From the NCBI GenBank assembly GCA_000320545.1, contig ADNK01002827.1, positions 1-64,000 of the forward strand: a stretch of DNA of 64,000 nucleotides, given 5' to 3'. This DNA is from Bigelowiella natans CCMP2755 (Eukaryota; Protista; Cercozoa). The notes beneath the pieces were generated by a model. It was not told the DNA's origin. It did not search any database and was given only the letters and a program-made list of their open reading frames with translations. How positions within the stretch are numbered: the first letter of the stretch is position 1; each line of letters begins with the position of its first letter. The position numbers and the translations under genes are program-made. Below are positions 12,816-27,173 of the stretch, piece by piece.

Positions 12816-13867
12816 TTAGTGATGTGGGATCTCGTCTGTTCCTGACTCCCTTTTGACCTTCAATATCCTCAGTAAGATATTGAGAGGAATGGCAATCCAA
12901 GGCTTTTATAGCATTTCCACAAAAATATCCTTGTCTCTATTATAATTATCATTGACTTCATTAACTCTTGAAGGTTATTTCTGAACAGATTCTGGATTGT
13001 AAAGTCTGTCTCGAAAAGACAACTTTTGCCCATCGCATCGGCGGCAAAATGATGGGAATTTTTACAAATCTGGAGCCCTTTCCATGATTTTTCGATATAA
13101 ATTGCCTCAGCACTAATCTCTGCCTCGATAAACCGACACAAGAAAAACTGGTAGTCAAGTTTTAGATCTAGATCTAGGTCAAAATTCAATAAAAAAGTCG
13201 TGTCGGAGGGCATAAATGACAAACCTATCGTCATTTTCCCTTCACAGTCGGAGGTTTAGAATTGATCTTGAATTGATTTTATCATCTCCATGTAGGAACT
13301 AGATCTAGGTCTACATTTACGACCTTTTTGTTAGGTTATCGAGAGGGTAGATCTAGCCATCATCGTCATCGCACTGTCAATGATTTCCAGGATTTCCTGG
13401 ATTTCCTGAATTCTTTCCAACTCGGAACTGTTTTTCTACCTTTTTATATGGCTCGTAGATAGATCTACCTGCCTGCACGCCAATCCAAACCACAACACAT
13501 CCAACAGATTGGGTTTCTACCTGTGACATGATACATTTCATGCCGCAAGAAGATTTTACCGAGTATTTGTTCATATTAAATTTCCTACTTGTTTTTAGGC
13601 TACGACAACCTATGCTTGTTGTCGCAACGAAGAGGAACACAACAGCGTTTCAGAAAAATGGGTGACCCCCTCCAGGACACTGTGCACCGGTTCGCCCGAA
13701 TATCCCTCATGCCCATTCCGAGACATTTTTGACGCTTGAACTTCTGTTTCACAACATTGAAATTTTAGGTGGGGCCCGGAGAGAACTAGGGGTTGCCTGG
13801 AGATGGAAATGAGCCACTCCAAAAGGCGGCGTCTTTTGGTCGGACAATATACTACTGCTCTGAGACG
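12816..13867. promoter_or_regulatory. Divergent promoter region (kinase / BolA-like gene) with clustered TAGATCTA motifs
   Basis: Head-to-head start codons; TAGATCTA at about 13163 (tandem), 13300, 13348 and 13460. Confidence 0.45.
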
Positions 13868-14136
13868 ATGACGAGAATACGCAGCAGAGTGCTCGAGTTT
13901 CTATGCAATATGATTTTTCCGAGAAGAAGAATTGATAATACAGATGGAATGATGTCATATTTCCTAACTGAGCAAGTCTGTGATTTGTCCCTTTCATTGT
14001 TCTGCTTTGACCTCCTCTTAGGCGTACGGAGTACTTACTGTGACTCTCACGGTAGTTGGGATTCACCTGAAACTCTGGGCTACTACTACTACTACTTCTC
14101 CCCATAATGGTTAGCCACGATAGATATTGTTACCAA

Positions 14137-14177
<41 letters not shown>

Positions 14178-14502
14178 CGGGACTGAGGCAGGAAATGCTA
14201 GGATACAGTGAATAATTACGATGCACGCACAATGCAATGCTGCTTTCACTTAACCTCCTTTGTTGTAATACCTGTATAGTCGAGCAAAGGTTGGGATCGT
14301 CGGCACAAACCCATGCTGCCGCAACAAAGTCTCCTGGGCCCATACTTCGACGAACAAAACAGAAGCCATTCTCACACATATTTAGCCTTCCCCTGCATGA
14401 ACAAGGAAGAAGGCCATGGCGACAGCAGCAATCACGGACGAGGTTTAAGGCCCACATACACCAAACATTATGCTTCTAGGCAAAAGAAAATATAAGTAGC
14501 AT

Positions 14503-14538
<36 letters not shown>

Positions 14539-14544
14539 ATATGC

Positions 14545-14581
<37 letters not shown>

Positions 14582-15783
14582 CACGAAGGAGGCGCGACAT
14601 TTTCGTTAGCGCAATGGATAACGAAGAAGAAGAGCAGCCGTCGTTACACGAGGAGCTGGATGCAGCGGACTTCATTCCAAAAGTCAAAGATGATAGAGGC
14701 ATTGGGAATCCTGGTAGTACTCACAAATAAACGATGGCGACGGCATAATCATCATCATCATCATCATCATCATCATTATCACCATTCTTAGCATCCGAAG
14801 TTGCACGTCTGTGTTTCATCCACGCTCATGAACGTTGTATATACCTTCTTACTGCCATTATCACCATATGTATTTCAGTCTTCGTGCAGCGACGACAACG
14901 AATATGGAAGCGAGAGTAAGTCATCGATATCATTGATTACACTGCCTTATCAGCGCAATGCCAACATCCAGTTTCATCAGCACCGCCACTCCTATTGTCG
15001 TGCTTAGCCTCAGTTGTTGTTTTTGGAGATAATTCATAATTATGGAAAATAATAGGAAGAGAGTATAGCGACAAATGACACGTTTTGTCGAAACATAATC
15101 GATGGTGGATGATATAGCAAATAAACACAGCAAACTTGCACATACTCGCACATGCCCACACAGACATACACACACTCACACACACGCGCATATACAAACA
15201 ATATAGCTGGAACAACCCATTGGACTGGGTTCATGGCCTTCAGCCAGTTGAGAGGTCATTAACTATCAAATATACACATCACATATAATGAAGATTACGA
15301 TGATGATGAGGAGGATGAGGACAACGATGGTGGTGTCCACTGTTAGCACACACACACACACTCACTCACTTACAATGCTACGGCACTAAGTCGATCTTCC
15401 ATATGCCTCGTCTCCCCGCCCCTCAGATACAAAGACTGGGACTTCGAAAATGGTGACGAGTTGGGAGGTTATGAGATCAACATCGACACGGAAAGTCCCC
15501 ATGTCACTTACATTCCTGGTAATACTTACTTACTTACTTGCTTACTACTACGCATAGAGAAGAAGAAGAAGAAGAAGAAGAAGAAGAAGAAAAATAAGAC
15601 TTTTTAGGCTGCTACTTACTTAAAAATGTCTTTCGTTTGCTATTGAGTTGTAATACTACTAGGGAGAGAGAGAGAGGGAGTGAGAGAGAGAGAGGAATAA
15701 GAGTAGAAGTGTGAGTAGTATTAGTAGTAGTAGTAGTAGTAATAGTAGTAATAGTAGTAGCAGGAGGAGTATATATTCCTTCA

Positions 15784-15814
<31 letters not shown>

Positions 15815-16032
15815 TGAATCTCTACTGCAACGACACAATAACTACAAGTTTTGAACACTATTTCTGCCCAATTACCCTCTACCATCCTCCTCCTCCCCCT
15901 TCTTCTTCTTATTATTCTTCACTGACGATGCTCTGCTCCTTCCTCAATACTATTCTTCATCATCCTACTTTACATCAATCTGTGTTGTATATAAAGAGGG
16001 GTACACGCACAATGATGACGACGAGTAAGTTG

Positions 16033-16077
<45 letters not shown>

Positions 16078-16602
16078 TTGACAGATAATTATACGATGAT
16101 AGTGTAAGATCATAACACATAAAACGATGATAAATCGCCAACTACAAGCCCATGATTTTCAGCACAACGTTTCCTATTGAAATTAGTCTACATAACCAAA
16201 TACTACACCTCGCACGCCACGCATCGTCGAGATGTATCTTTCCTAAGGCTGTGATATGATAATATGTTATGTAAAACAGCTACATTCATTCACCCGTGTG
16301 TTTGTTAAAGAAGAATTGCTTGCCCCTCCCCCCCCCCCCTTCCTTCTGTGCGTTGTTTCTGGCTGTTGTCGTTGATCAGGTACTGGGACTTTGAAAACGA
16401 TATGCCGCTCTCCCCTGAAGCTCTTGCTGATGCGAAGAAGAACGACCCAAACGTAAAACATTTCTTCGCTTGTATGGATGCAAAGCTCACTGAGAGATAA
16501 TTTCATTGCAATACCGTTTCATGATCGTTTCATGATCGGTGTACGTCACTTTGACATATATATTTACAATTATACAATATATATATATATATATATATAT
16601 AT

Positions 16603-16670
<68 letters not shown>

Positions 16671-17320
16671 CGATAGCCAGCATTTCTCTTCTAACTTAAA
16701 TACCATGATGTTTGTTTCAGCCTCCCAAGAGCTACGATGAAGAGTATAGGTGAGAACCCCATCTTTACACTAAATGTGTTATTCGAATGTAAATCACAAT
16801 GTTGTATTATGAATTATTTAAGTGAATTCGTTTAGGTGATGTGTTACCCCCCCCCCCCTCCCCCCCGCGCTATCAACAACACATTTACATATTGACGATT
16901 TCTATCACTAGGGAGTGGATAGCTGACATGGTGAAGGACCCTGCGGTACTGCGTCTAAACAACACACACACAAACACACACGTAGTAATCATCAACGGCC
17001 CGAAAGCTCCGAGCATTTCTCCCATTTGGAACATTTTTAAATAGCGTAATAATAGCACCGAAGATACAATCCGTCGTTTGATGAGAGGAATGATGAAAAT
17101 GAAGATATTTATCCAGTTGGCAGTGCTCAATTGCATGGAAGGTTATGATTGATGAAATTATGAACATCGTGCTATTAGTTTCAAAGGACATTGGAGACGC
17201 GTGGTGCGCTCTCTCCTGCTGGTAGCAGTCGTAATGTTAGCTTTTGTCTATAATTATCTGAATTTCGTCGTCTTTGAGATTCTCCTTCTAGTGATAGTGG
17301 ATATTTAATATTTTACACAA

Positions 17321-17368
<48 letters not shown>

Positions 17369-17456
17369 AGAGAGTGGGGGAGAAGGGGGGGGAGGGAGAG
17401 AGATTAATAAGCTAATTTGGCCATGTAATCAAAGTATATACCATAATGGACTATGG

Positions 17457-17488
<32 letters not shown>

Positions 17489-18288
17489 AGGATAGTTGTG
17501 ATAATGAATTCTGTGTGCTGATTGGGGTATATCAAATGCAATAATGAATTCTGTGTGCTGATTGGTCCACGGTTTGTTACGATCCATCCAACAACATCAG
17601 AGGATATCTGCAAACTGCTCTCAGCATGCTTGGCAGAGTTAGATCCCGTGGACTTGCATATTATTGACAAAACGTACGTGGAGCTGCGTTTACTATAACA
17701 ACACGCATCAGCACAACCACCGCCACCACCGCCACCATCATCAGCATCATCATCATCATCATCGTCGTCGTCGTTGTCATCATCGTCATCATCTTCATCA
17801 CCTTTCTTCGTTTCTATCCATGAATGCCAACTCATGCGGCTGAGTATCATCCAATGAGAGGCAAAATAGCATTAGATCTATTGCTTTACTACCACACACT
17901 AATGCCAATGCTTATTCACACCGTACAGCGGAGAGTTCTGTCCTTTCAAACAAAGCTACATTTGGTCAGTATGATGATGATGGTGGTGATGATGATGATG
18001 ATGATGATGATGGTAACACAACGAACGCACACACACACAACACACACACGCACACACACAAACCGTCAAAGAAGATGGCATGATATTGTAATGCCCGCCT
18101 CCTCACACAAGTGCGATACTTTTGTCGCAAGCTTGATTTCGTTTGTGTAATATATCCGATATATTTGCGGTGCGCTTCTTTGCTTTGATCAGGTTTAGCG
18201 TAACATCCGAGGCTTTTGAAAATGTGCCGACCATGCGGTATATTACTTGAAATATCTAAATATCAACTCTACATATTTGTAAATACGC

Positions 18289-18332
<44 letters not shown>

Positions 18333-18457
18333 GCGCGCGCGTATATTTGACTTTGCGTTCTTCTTATCAAAGACGACAACTGATGGCCGAAGAGATTCTT
18401 CAGCCAGTCTACTCTGCGGGTAAGTGCAAGCATTCATCGCCATTGCACTGAGTATCA

Positions 18458-18494
<37 letters not shown>

Positions 18495-18988
18495 TAGCTA
18501 ACCTTCACGCGCGCGCGCACACACACACGCACATGCCATGTATCTTGGTCTACTCTTCTTTACATATGCACTATCGTCGTTGTGGGGTCAGAATATGGTT
18601 ACTTCATCATCATGCTGCTGCTGCTGCTGCAGGTGTAAGATTCATTGAGGCGCAGTACAGAGCTCCGAGCGAATACGGTATGCACACGCACGGATATACA
18701 AACACGCATTCGCGCGCGCGCTTATATGTGTTTGTTCTTTTTTTTGCTACCGATTTCTACGTCTTTAAAGTAATTTCAAGACCCCTTTTTCCTAAGTTTC
18801 TTCAAATCTTCCTTGGGTGTCTTCTGCTCTAATATTTGCTGCTACTCGTTGATATGAAGCCCGAAACATTGTACCTGTCATCACGCGGTTCAACGTCAGC
18901 AACACCGTCGGAGTAGAGGTGCCGAGTTACTTATCTCATCATATTTAAGTAGATTTGGCATAAAAATGAATCAGAAGTAGATGTGTTT

Positions 18989-19034
<46 letters not shown>

Positions 19035-19304
19035 CGCACAAACAATCGCAACGAATTAATAAAACACTGCATCTTCAGATCAACAGCACTGGTTTAGCTT
19101 GGAAGCACTACGAGTCGCCAGCACTTGATGTATTCGTTGTACAAACTTCACCATCACCGCTTTTCCATTGGCAGAGCGTATTTCTGTGTCAATTCGTTTT
19201 AAGGCGAGTTGTATCTTTTGTTTGATAAGCTCGGTTTTGCTGTTTCGGATGCTTTTCCGTCGATGAAGATGTCGTATGAAAATGGCTGTGACTTAGGTCG
19301 TATG

Positions 19305-19341
<37 letters not shown>

Positions 19342-19501
19342 AGCCGCCCCCTCGAAGACTACGATATTGACGAAGATGATGACCCTGAACGATTTCAAAT
19401 AGACCTTGAAACACTGCGGTATAACTATTTGGCAATATGCAACAACGCCATTACAATCCCTCCCTCCCCGAACATGCACATATCTATTTATCTCGCTCTC
19501 A

Positions 19502-19573
<72 letters not shown>

Positions 19574-19816
19574 AATACATATATGTGCTTATGCGTAAGC
19601 ACCATGCAGTAGCATGGTTCATCATGCCGTGATAATCGGTGAAATTCGCTGATAAACAGAGCGTTGCCTTGGTACCGAAACGACTTCACGCCTGACCCTA
19701 TGGACGGCAAACTGCTCCAGCCGCACACACAAGATGTACTAGTTCGTAGAGGCTGCTTTTCGTGGCAGAATTCGCCTTCTTTACCGTTGCCACTACCGAG
19801 CATAGGAGCTAGATAG
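13868..19816 (+). CDS. BolA-like domain protein with bipartite (signal + Arg-rich transit-like) leader, probably plastid-targeted, multi-exon
   Basis: Spliced N-terminus MTRIRSR|AYGVLTVTLTVVGIHL...RRPWRQQQSRTRRRDIFVSA. Spliced C-terminal domain LSACLAELDPVDLHIIDKTGEFCPFKQSYIWFSVTSEAFENVPTMRRQLMAERFF...IEAQYRAPSEY follows the BolA pattern. Start and stop are approximate. Confidence 0.6.
16558..16668. repeat. Compound (TA)n microsatellite, the longest of many intronic (TA)n/(CA)n/(GA)n/(CAT)n tracts
   Basis: Directly visible; similar tracts at about 9305, 14143, 14550, 18460, 19533, 23321, 25148, 27922 and 31743. Confidence 0.95.
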
Positions 19817-20279
19817 CATTCACGAGGCCCGAGACAACAGATTGAGTAGTAGCTACATCGATTCTAACGCATGGTATACCATTACAGGCCGCATATTACG
19901 GGATGGAAATGCTACAAAATAAGACTGAAGCAGCCAGGCTAGCGGTGAGTTCTATGAGAATGTGCTGAATGGATGCCTGCAATATCTACTGTCGTGCGTT
20001 TTCTTCGTTGTGCTAGTTACAGAACTGATTGAATGCCACCGATTTGTTGCGTTGTTCGGCAATTAACAGGAGGAGGATCGTGGAGATGGGTTCTTCCAAG
20101 ACTGAGCCAGGATGTGTTGTAAGCATGCTGCTAGCATGGCGCGGCTTCGCTGAGCAAGGCTGTGTTTCGTTTCTTCTTAGGAAGATTCTGAATACTATTG
20201 TCAACTTGCGGGTGCTCTTGTTTGAATATAGTAAACTCATTATGAATGTGTGCGACAAAACGTGTTGCAACCTGTTATT

Positions 20280-20860
20280 TGAAACGCATGCCAGAGCATG
20301 ATTTCATTGCCTCACTTGTATATGCATGCATGCATGCATGCAAGCATAATTGGCTCGAAATGATGAGGGTCGCATAGACTCATTTGCGTATGTATCGCGC
20401 TAGCGCGACAAATATGCTAGAAATGCATGCGCATGATTCATTGCATATCGTCTAGCCATATATAAGCCATGCTAGCATGCAATAGCCTCTCCTATAGGAT
20501 CTTACCCTAGCTTATTAGTTAGCTTAGATATGTGTGACTAACTAGCTAGTGCATGCGCACCACATGCACACAGCAACAATATGATAGACATGCAATACAC
20601 AATTATCAATTAAGCGCTGCTAGCTCTGGATCGAGGCGATACGGTCGCATCCTTGCACATTTAGACTTGACTAGTTGACACATAGCCTTTACCTCAGCTA
20701 GTATGAATGCGACACGTACCTTAAGTACTAGTACACCTAGCTACCTAGCTACGCATGTAGCATGCTAAGCATATTCTACATATTGCATAGGATATGAGAG
20801 CTAAGGAGAGAGCGCGCAACAAATGCGCAATCTAGTAATATTGAAGCCAAACACGCTAAG
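20280..20860. other. CTAG/ATGC-rich convergent spacer with partial TpA loss
   Basis: (ATGC)n at about 20322-20342, many GCTAG, and atgatagacatgcaata at 20581 shared with the 7.8-kb repeat. Confidence 0.7.
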
Positions 20861-21831
20861 CTGTCTCAAAATTGAATGCGCATGCATAAGAGCATAAGTA
20901 GCACGCTTATACCATCATTATCTATCGAAAAGTAGCGTGTACTAGAGCAGGGGAAACCGTTGAAGGCCGTAGACAGATCGACAGAATATTGGGAGCAAAA
21001 ATTAGGACGAAGATAGAGGAAGAAGCAAGGAGTAGGAGGAAATAACAATAAAAGGAGTAGAAGATGCAGCAGCAGCAGCAGCAGCAGCAGCAACCGATTG
21101 AATGCAATGCTTGCTGTCTGGTATCTAGATGTCGGCATTTCGTCACTGCTACTTCTCTGCAAATAGTAATAATAGCCTACAAAGACTCCTCCTGACTTCA
21201 CACCTTCATTTATTTACTCACACCTTTTCTACTGGAAGTATCAGACAACAACGCTGATGACGGAGCATCTGTTTGCGAGATGACATCACGCCCAGCAGCC
21301 TTAGGGAGTGCAATTATCATCATTGATACTATCATTATCACTACCACCGTGATTGGGCTCACCGTCCTCCTTCCAAGGATGCCTCGCACATATACAGCTG
21401 CTGGTACATTTGAGGCAGCAGCTCTCTCCATCGAATCCTGCTGCTCCTCCGCTAATCTTTCACTGCAGCGTACGAGATTTCGATACAGTCCTGCTTCTTT
21501 AACTGTTCATACGTGCTAGAACAGTGAGCACCCAAGAGGGGTCTTACTACGCACATGTCGCACCATCGTGGGTAGTGCTATTTGGATCACCTCTCTGCTA
21601 GTGCAAGTGCAGTTGATATAAATGATAATAATAATAATAATAATGACAATAATAATAATATTAACCCACAAGCAGCCCCCGCCCGGGTTTCCCCCTCCAT
21701 AACATAAATGGAGCTCAGGCCGTAGTACTACTACGTGAAGCGTAGGAAGACTAATATGTGCTGCTTTGTCGCTTACTTAAGCACCCTTTACCCGTTGGTG
21801 CCACCATTCCCATCATCACCACCCATCCTCC

Positions 21832-22110
21832 TCATCGGAAGGTAAAATCTGGATTTGGTAGAAATTCGTCGTTAACGAAGGTGAAGGTCATGAGGTGCTC
21901 TCGCAGCCACGACTTCGTGACGCCCTCGATGATGCAGTCTCGGTATCTGTCGTTTGTCACAACGACGCCGCCGTGCTTATGAGCGTATTCTATGCAGTAC
22001 GAGTCATCGTAGTCTTGCGCAGGAGTAGGAATCTGTGGAAGAGAAAGGGGGGGGGGCGAGGGGAAGGAGAAAATGATTGATATATAACAATTTTAAGATT
22101 CACACTATAT

Positions 22111-22141
<31 letters not shown>

Positions 22142-23140
22142 ATCATGATCACAGTAGAATAGGTTGATGACCACGTAGCCTTCCTCTTTCAGAGAGAGGA
22201 GGAGCGAGATGTTGTCTGGCAGCTTCGTCTTGACTTTCTTCTCTGTTTCCAACCCTAGACGAATAAGGTGACGGTGCTTGCTGGCATGCTCATAATCCAG
22301 GAGATATTCCTAGATTAGGAGGAGGGGAGTGCGGGAGGGAAGGAAGAAGGTAGAATAGAACGAGGAGGAGGAGGAGGAAGAGGGGGAGATAAACATGATG
22401 AAACCGACCAGAAATTGATAATGATAATAGCGATTGTAATGGATCGATGATGAAGATAGTATTCATGATGATAAAATGAGAATGAGGATGGAAATATTAT
22501 AGAAGCGCTGAAGCAGGGATGTGCATCCTCTCTCTCTCTCTCTCGTCCTCCACATGATAATCATACGATATATGTTCTTCGTCTTTATCGTGTCGTATTC
22601 TTACAACATTATCATTAATTACCGGCAGGAAGGCCACCATCCTCGTAAAGCCCTTCTTTCGAAAGTGATCGATTGCAAGCTGCACCCCTTCGCATGAGAA
22701 CCGCTTATGATTTCCATGCCGAAGGCAAATGTTTGGCAGATCGAGCACCAGCAGGTTTTTGTTGGATGCCTCTGCTACAGCATCGGCAGCTGTCCCAGTA
22801 TCCTTCGCATCAGCTCCGGATTTGTCCTTATTCTTCAACGTTTGGGTCATAATTTCATCCACTAGCTGCGTCCTTCTGACCTGCTCTCTTGCACGAGCTG
22901 CACGTGCACGCGCCATTGCAACGAGGTCGTCAGTGTTTTCCCCCTTGAAGTTCATCACCCCTGCCTTACCGCGCAGAAGGAGAAGCTGCTGCTGTTCCTG
23001 GGCAGATGATGACGCGGAGGTGGCGTGATCTGCTCCTCCGTCACTGTTAGTAGCAGCAGGAGCGGCAAGAGAAGTGCTGCTCTTATTGTCGTCACTGATA
23101 TCTTTCTTATCAGCAACACTAGCCGTTGGTTTTGTGGTTG

Positions 23141-23175
<35 letters not shown>

Positions 23176-23316
23176 GTGGTGGTGGTGTTGGCGATTGTCG
23201 ATGTAGTAGGAGCAGCTGCTGATGATGTGGTTGCTGCTGCTTTCTTATCCTGTGATGACACATCCACCACCACTGCTGGCTCCTCACCTTCCTTGCTTTG
23301 CACCTAGAGTTCGGAC

Positions 23317-23366
<50 letters not shown>

Positions 23367-24723
23367 CTCATACATGTATACTCCTCGTGTGTGTTGTAGA
23401 AGAGAGATTGGGAGAGAGGAAGAGAGGAATAGACTGAGAGAAAGAAACAGAGAGAAAGGGGCCGTACAAACGGTCTCATATACTCCATATACAACAAGAG
23501 GATATTATCAATTCTATCTATCACTACCTACCTTTTCATTGACGCTAATATTTTTGTCATCGAGGAGGCGAGATGCTGATGCCTCTGGTTTCTGTTTTCT
23601 CTCATCATCTGTACCCCTCGATCTGGCCTCAACGACCCTCTTCTCGTCGCTTACAACACTACTTTTACTACCACTACTGCCAACACCATTTGCATTATTT
23701 TCAGTCGTCGCGCCCCCTTCCTCTTCCAATCCCTGCTCTTGATGATGCGGCTCGGGCTGAACGGTAACAAAACGATTAGTCTTGGCATCCTTGAATAGGA
23801 CTGCCCTCGCTGCTTTCAATGTGGCACGAATTTGCCACTTCAGTGTGAAGTAATCATGTCCTGGTTGCTGGTGCTGTTGTTGTTGCTTCTGCGATTGTGC
23901 AGCCCCTTCCTCTTTCTTCTTCCTCTTCTTCTTCTGCTCTTTCTCGGCAGCAGCGGCAGCACGCTTAGCATGGCCAGAGGCAACCAGCCCGACTGTTTGA
24001 GTCTTAATCAATGATGCAGCGATACGGTATCTTTCACTCTGATGAAAGTGTTAGAAATGGCCGGATTAGTGCTAGAAGCTGGTGAGGCACAAATCAATTC
24101 TAATACAGGCGAGGGGGAGGGCAAGATGAAACTATGAACTACATGGGGGAAGTGAAAAAGAAAGCAAAAGTGCCACATCATATCGACTTGAGAACCAACG
24201 GCACGTGCTATCTTAGTGAGCGTCTCACCAAATCAACACCAGTGAAGGCGCACCCCATGCTACTTCCGTTTCTGATGAATTCCAGGGTGCCTTCGTTGTC
24301 ACTGTTCTTTGTCCTCCGGAGCCTAAAGCCAATTTCATCGCCTTGTTGGATTGGAGTCTGAGCGTACGCCGTTGCGCCTCCTTTCTGACTGCCTAAAGTC
24401 TCTCCAGTACCGCAGATTAGACCAAACCCAGGCACCTAACATATCACAGCATATCGTAATGATGACAATGGAGACAATCATGATGATGATGATGATGATG
24501 ATGATTGAAAGACGAGAAAAGCTAAATGAGAAGTACGCACACACTCTCTCTCACACACACATATTCACATATATATATATATATATATATGATATATAAT
24601 ATTTATTGTTTATCCTCTCACCTTCCAGCCGATTGGAAGCCTGGCGTCGGAGGGGAAGCTATCTGGCACAACACCCACCACCTTGATGCACAACAACGAC
24701 GTGCCGTCAAAATAATAACAATG

Positions 24724-24755
<32 letters not shown>

Positions 24756-25141
24756 CACTACCATCGCCATTATCTTCACACGCGTTATCAACAACACGGT
24801 AGCATCATCAGTACTACAACAATCATTTTAATCAATACTACAGTACCCTACCACTGCGAAGTTATTGTCGGATGTGCGTAGCTGCTCCAAAATGAGGGCG
24901 TCACCGCAACCACTCCCAGAACCACTATTTTCCTCTTTCTCTGATACACCCCCCCCCTCTTCTTCCTCCTCAGCTTCCTCCAACACTTCCACAACAGAGC
25001 TGCTGATGACCGTTTGCCATCGAGTCAATTTCCGAGAACTGACAAATGCCAAATACGAACAGCCAACGTCATCAGCGTTGGCAATGTTTTGTCTTGTAAC
25101 TCTTAACAGGAGGCTCATTTTCACTGCGCTATACTCCATAT

Positions 25142-25186
<45 letters not shown>

Positions 25187-25503
25187 GGTGTGTGTGTGTG
25201 TGTGTGTGTGTATTTAATCAGTACTACCTTGCTGATTTCCCATTGTTACCAACTGTGATCTGTGCACAGCCTTCACTAGCCATCCAGGCTCCTTCAGGCT
25301 GAAGAGGTACTGCTACTACGGATTCTCCCTGTCCCTCTTCCCCCCCCCCTCCTCTTCGCCAATGCTGTCAATTTTCGTGCTGAGAGGCTGCAGGGAGGCT
25401 GCTCGGGGCTTATTGGAGAACTCCTCGAGATTTCCTGTTAAATTGGATTGGAAAGATAACGTCATGTGGTTTGCAATATACTGCGCGTAAAATGAACGAG
25501 TAG

Positions 25504-25539
<36 letters not shown>

Positions 25540-25835
25540 AGTAGCAGCACTCCTTCCTTCCTTCCTTCCTTCCTTCCTTGACTACTATTCTATTACTAGT
25601 TCTTTACCAAGAGGTGCGAACCCAGATATGAGATCCAGTGCGGCGCTATTTACACGAGCCCTAGTCCTACGCATCTTTAGAAGGAAGGATTGGTCAGCAG
25701 AGTCACAAACGAGAGGGGGAGGGGGACGGGATAGCCTACCCTACGACGACTACTACCACTACGACTGCTGCTGCTGCTGCTGCTACAAATATGTGACTCT
25801 CATTCTCGTGATAAGCTTGTTGTGTTTCTACCCCT

Positions 25836-25873
<38 letters not shown>

Positions 25874-27131
25874 CATCATCATTATCCTTTCATCTGTCCC
25901 CTCTCTGTGTCTTGTGTGCACAAACACCTTCTGAAGTGCATTAGCGAGCCGTGCCAGACTGGTAGTGAAGAACGCCTTCCTGTCGGTGTCGGGCGCTTGG
26001 TTGACCGAGAAGCCATTGTAGCTTAGCCACAGGCTTAACGCCGAGATAGGAGCGAGATATTTTAGGGAGTTCAGGTTGCCAGCACATCGGCGCATTGCAG
26101 CACCAAAGAACTCAAAGATGAGGTCCATGGCGCGTAGTGTCACCACGCTCATAGCATTGTACCCTGCAATGACGCCATTAGACCTGAGATGCTCGTCGTG
26201 GTGCTTTTGATGGTGATGTGGGTCTGTCGCATCCATTTCAGCTTGGTATCTGAAAGGGGGGGGGTTAGGTGTACAATGATGCAATCTGTGAGGACGACGA
26301 CAATGGGCGTTGATACTAGAAAAGTAGCAAACACCTCGAATATGGTCGCTTTAAAATTCTAACGATTCTTTCGTTTTCTTCTTCTTCTTCCTCTTTCGTA
26401 TCAACTACTATTACGGGCGACAATCATCTATCTTACTGGAAGGGGTGATTCTGAGGCAGTCGGCCATTCTGCGCGAGCACGATGCAGAGAATAGCCACCC
26501 GTATGAGCACACCATCTGTAATCGCCCCCGCTTCAAGGCAGTAGTGAAAGCTTTCCAGGCACTGTGTGAACAGGCGCTCGGCATCATCGAGATTGATCTT
26601 GGTGAATAAAACGCCCCCAAGTCTCGCGAGGAGCACAGCAAATCTGGCCAACGCGATGCCTGTTGGGAGGCTGGACACCATCCTCACCCCACCTGAAGCC
26701 ACGAGCGCGACGAACCGTTTACGACTGAGTTTAGGGGGGGGGCGGGGGGCGGGGGGCGGGGCAGATTCAATTAATTGACGTATGGAAAATACGAAAAATG
26801 TTGCGATGCGAATGGTGTGGTCGCCATCCCATATTAACGTTCCACCTCGCTCAATCTACCCTAGTTCGTATTGCATTTCCGATGTTGTTTGTCGGATATT
26901 GTGACTGTGTATTTATTATCAAACCTTGACTCGAAAGCTGCGAGCAAGTTCTCACGCGCTGGAAAAGGTTCCAGAGCCTCGGTCGACATCATGTACTGGA
27001 ATATTACCTGATATAGATAAAAAACAACAATAAGAGATTAGGTGAAACTTCCCCAGACCAGCCACAAATGGAGCTTATCAAGCAGTATTCTCAGTGCTTC
27101 TACATTTCCTCTTCCTCTACGTATAACTATG

Positions 27132-27173
<42 letters not shown>

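Noticed and set aside
17501-17565. 25-bp direct repeat with a 15-bp spacer
   Set aside because: Only two copies in an intron; a local duplication, not a CRISPR array.
20900-21600. Short minus-strand ORFs downstream of the SMG6-like stop
   Set aside because: No consistent spliced frame or domain; probably 3' UTR, though a small gene cannot be excluded.
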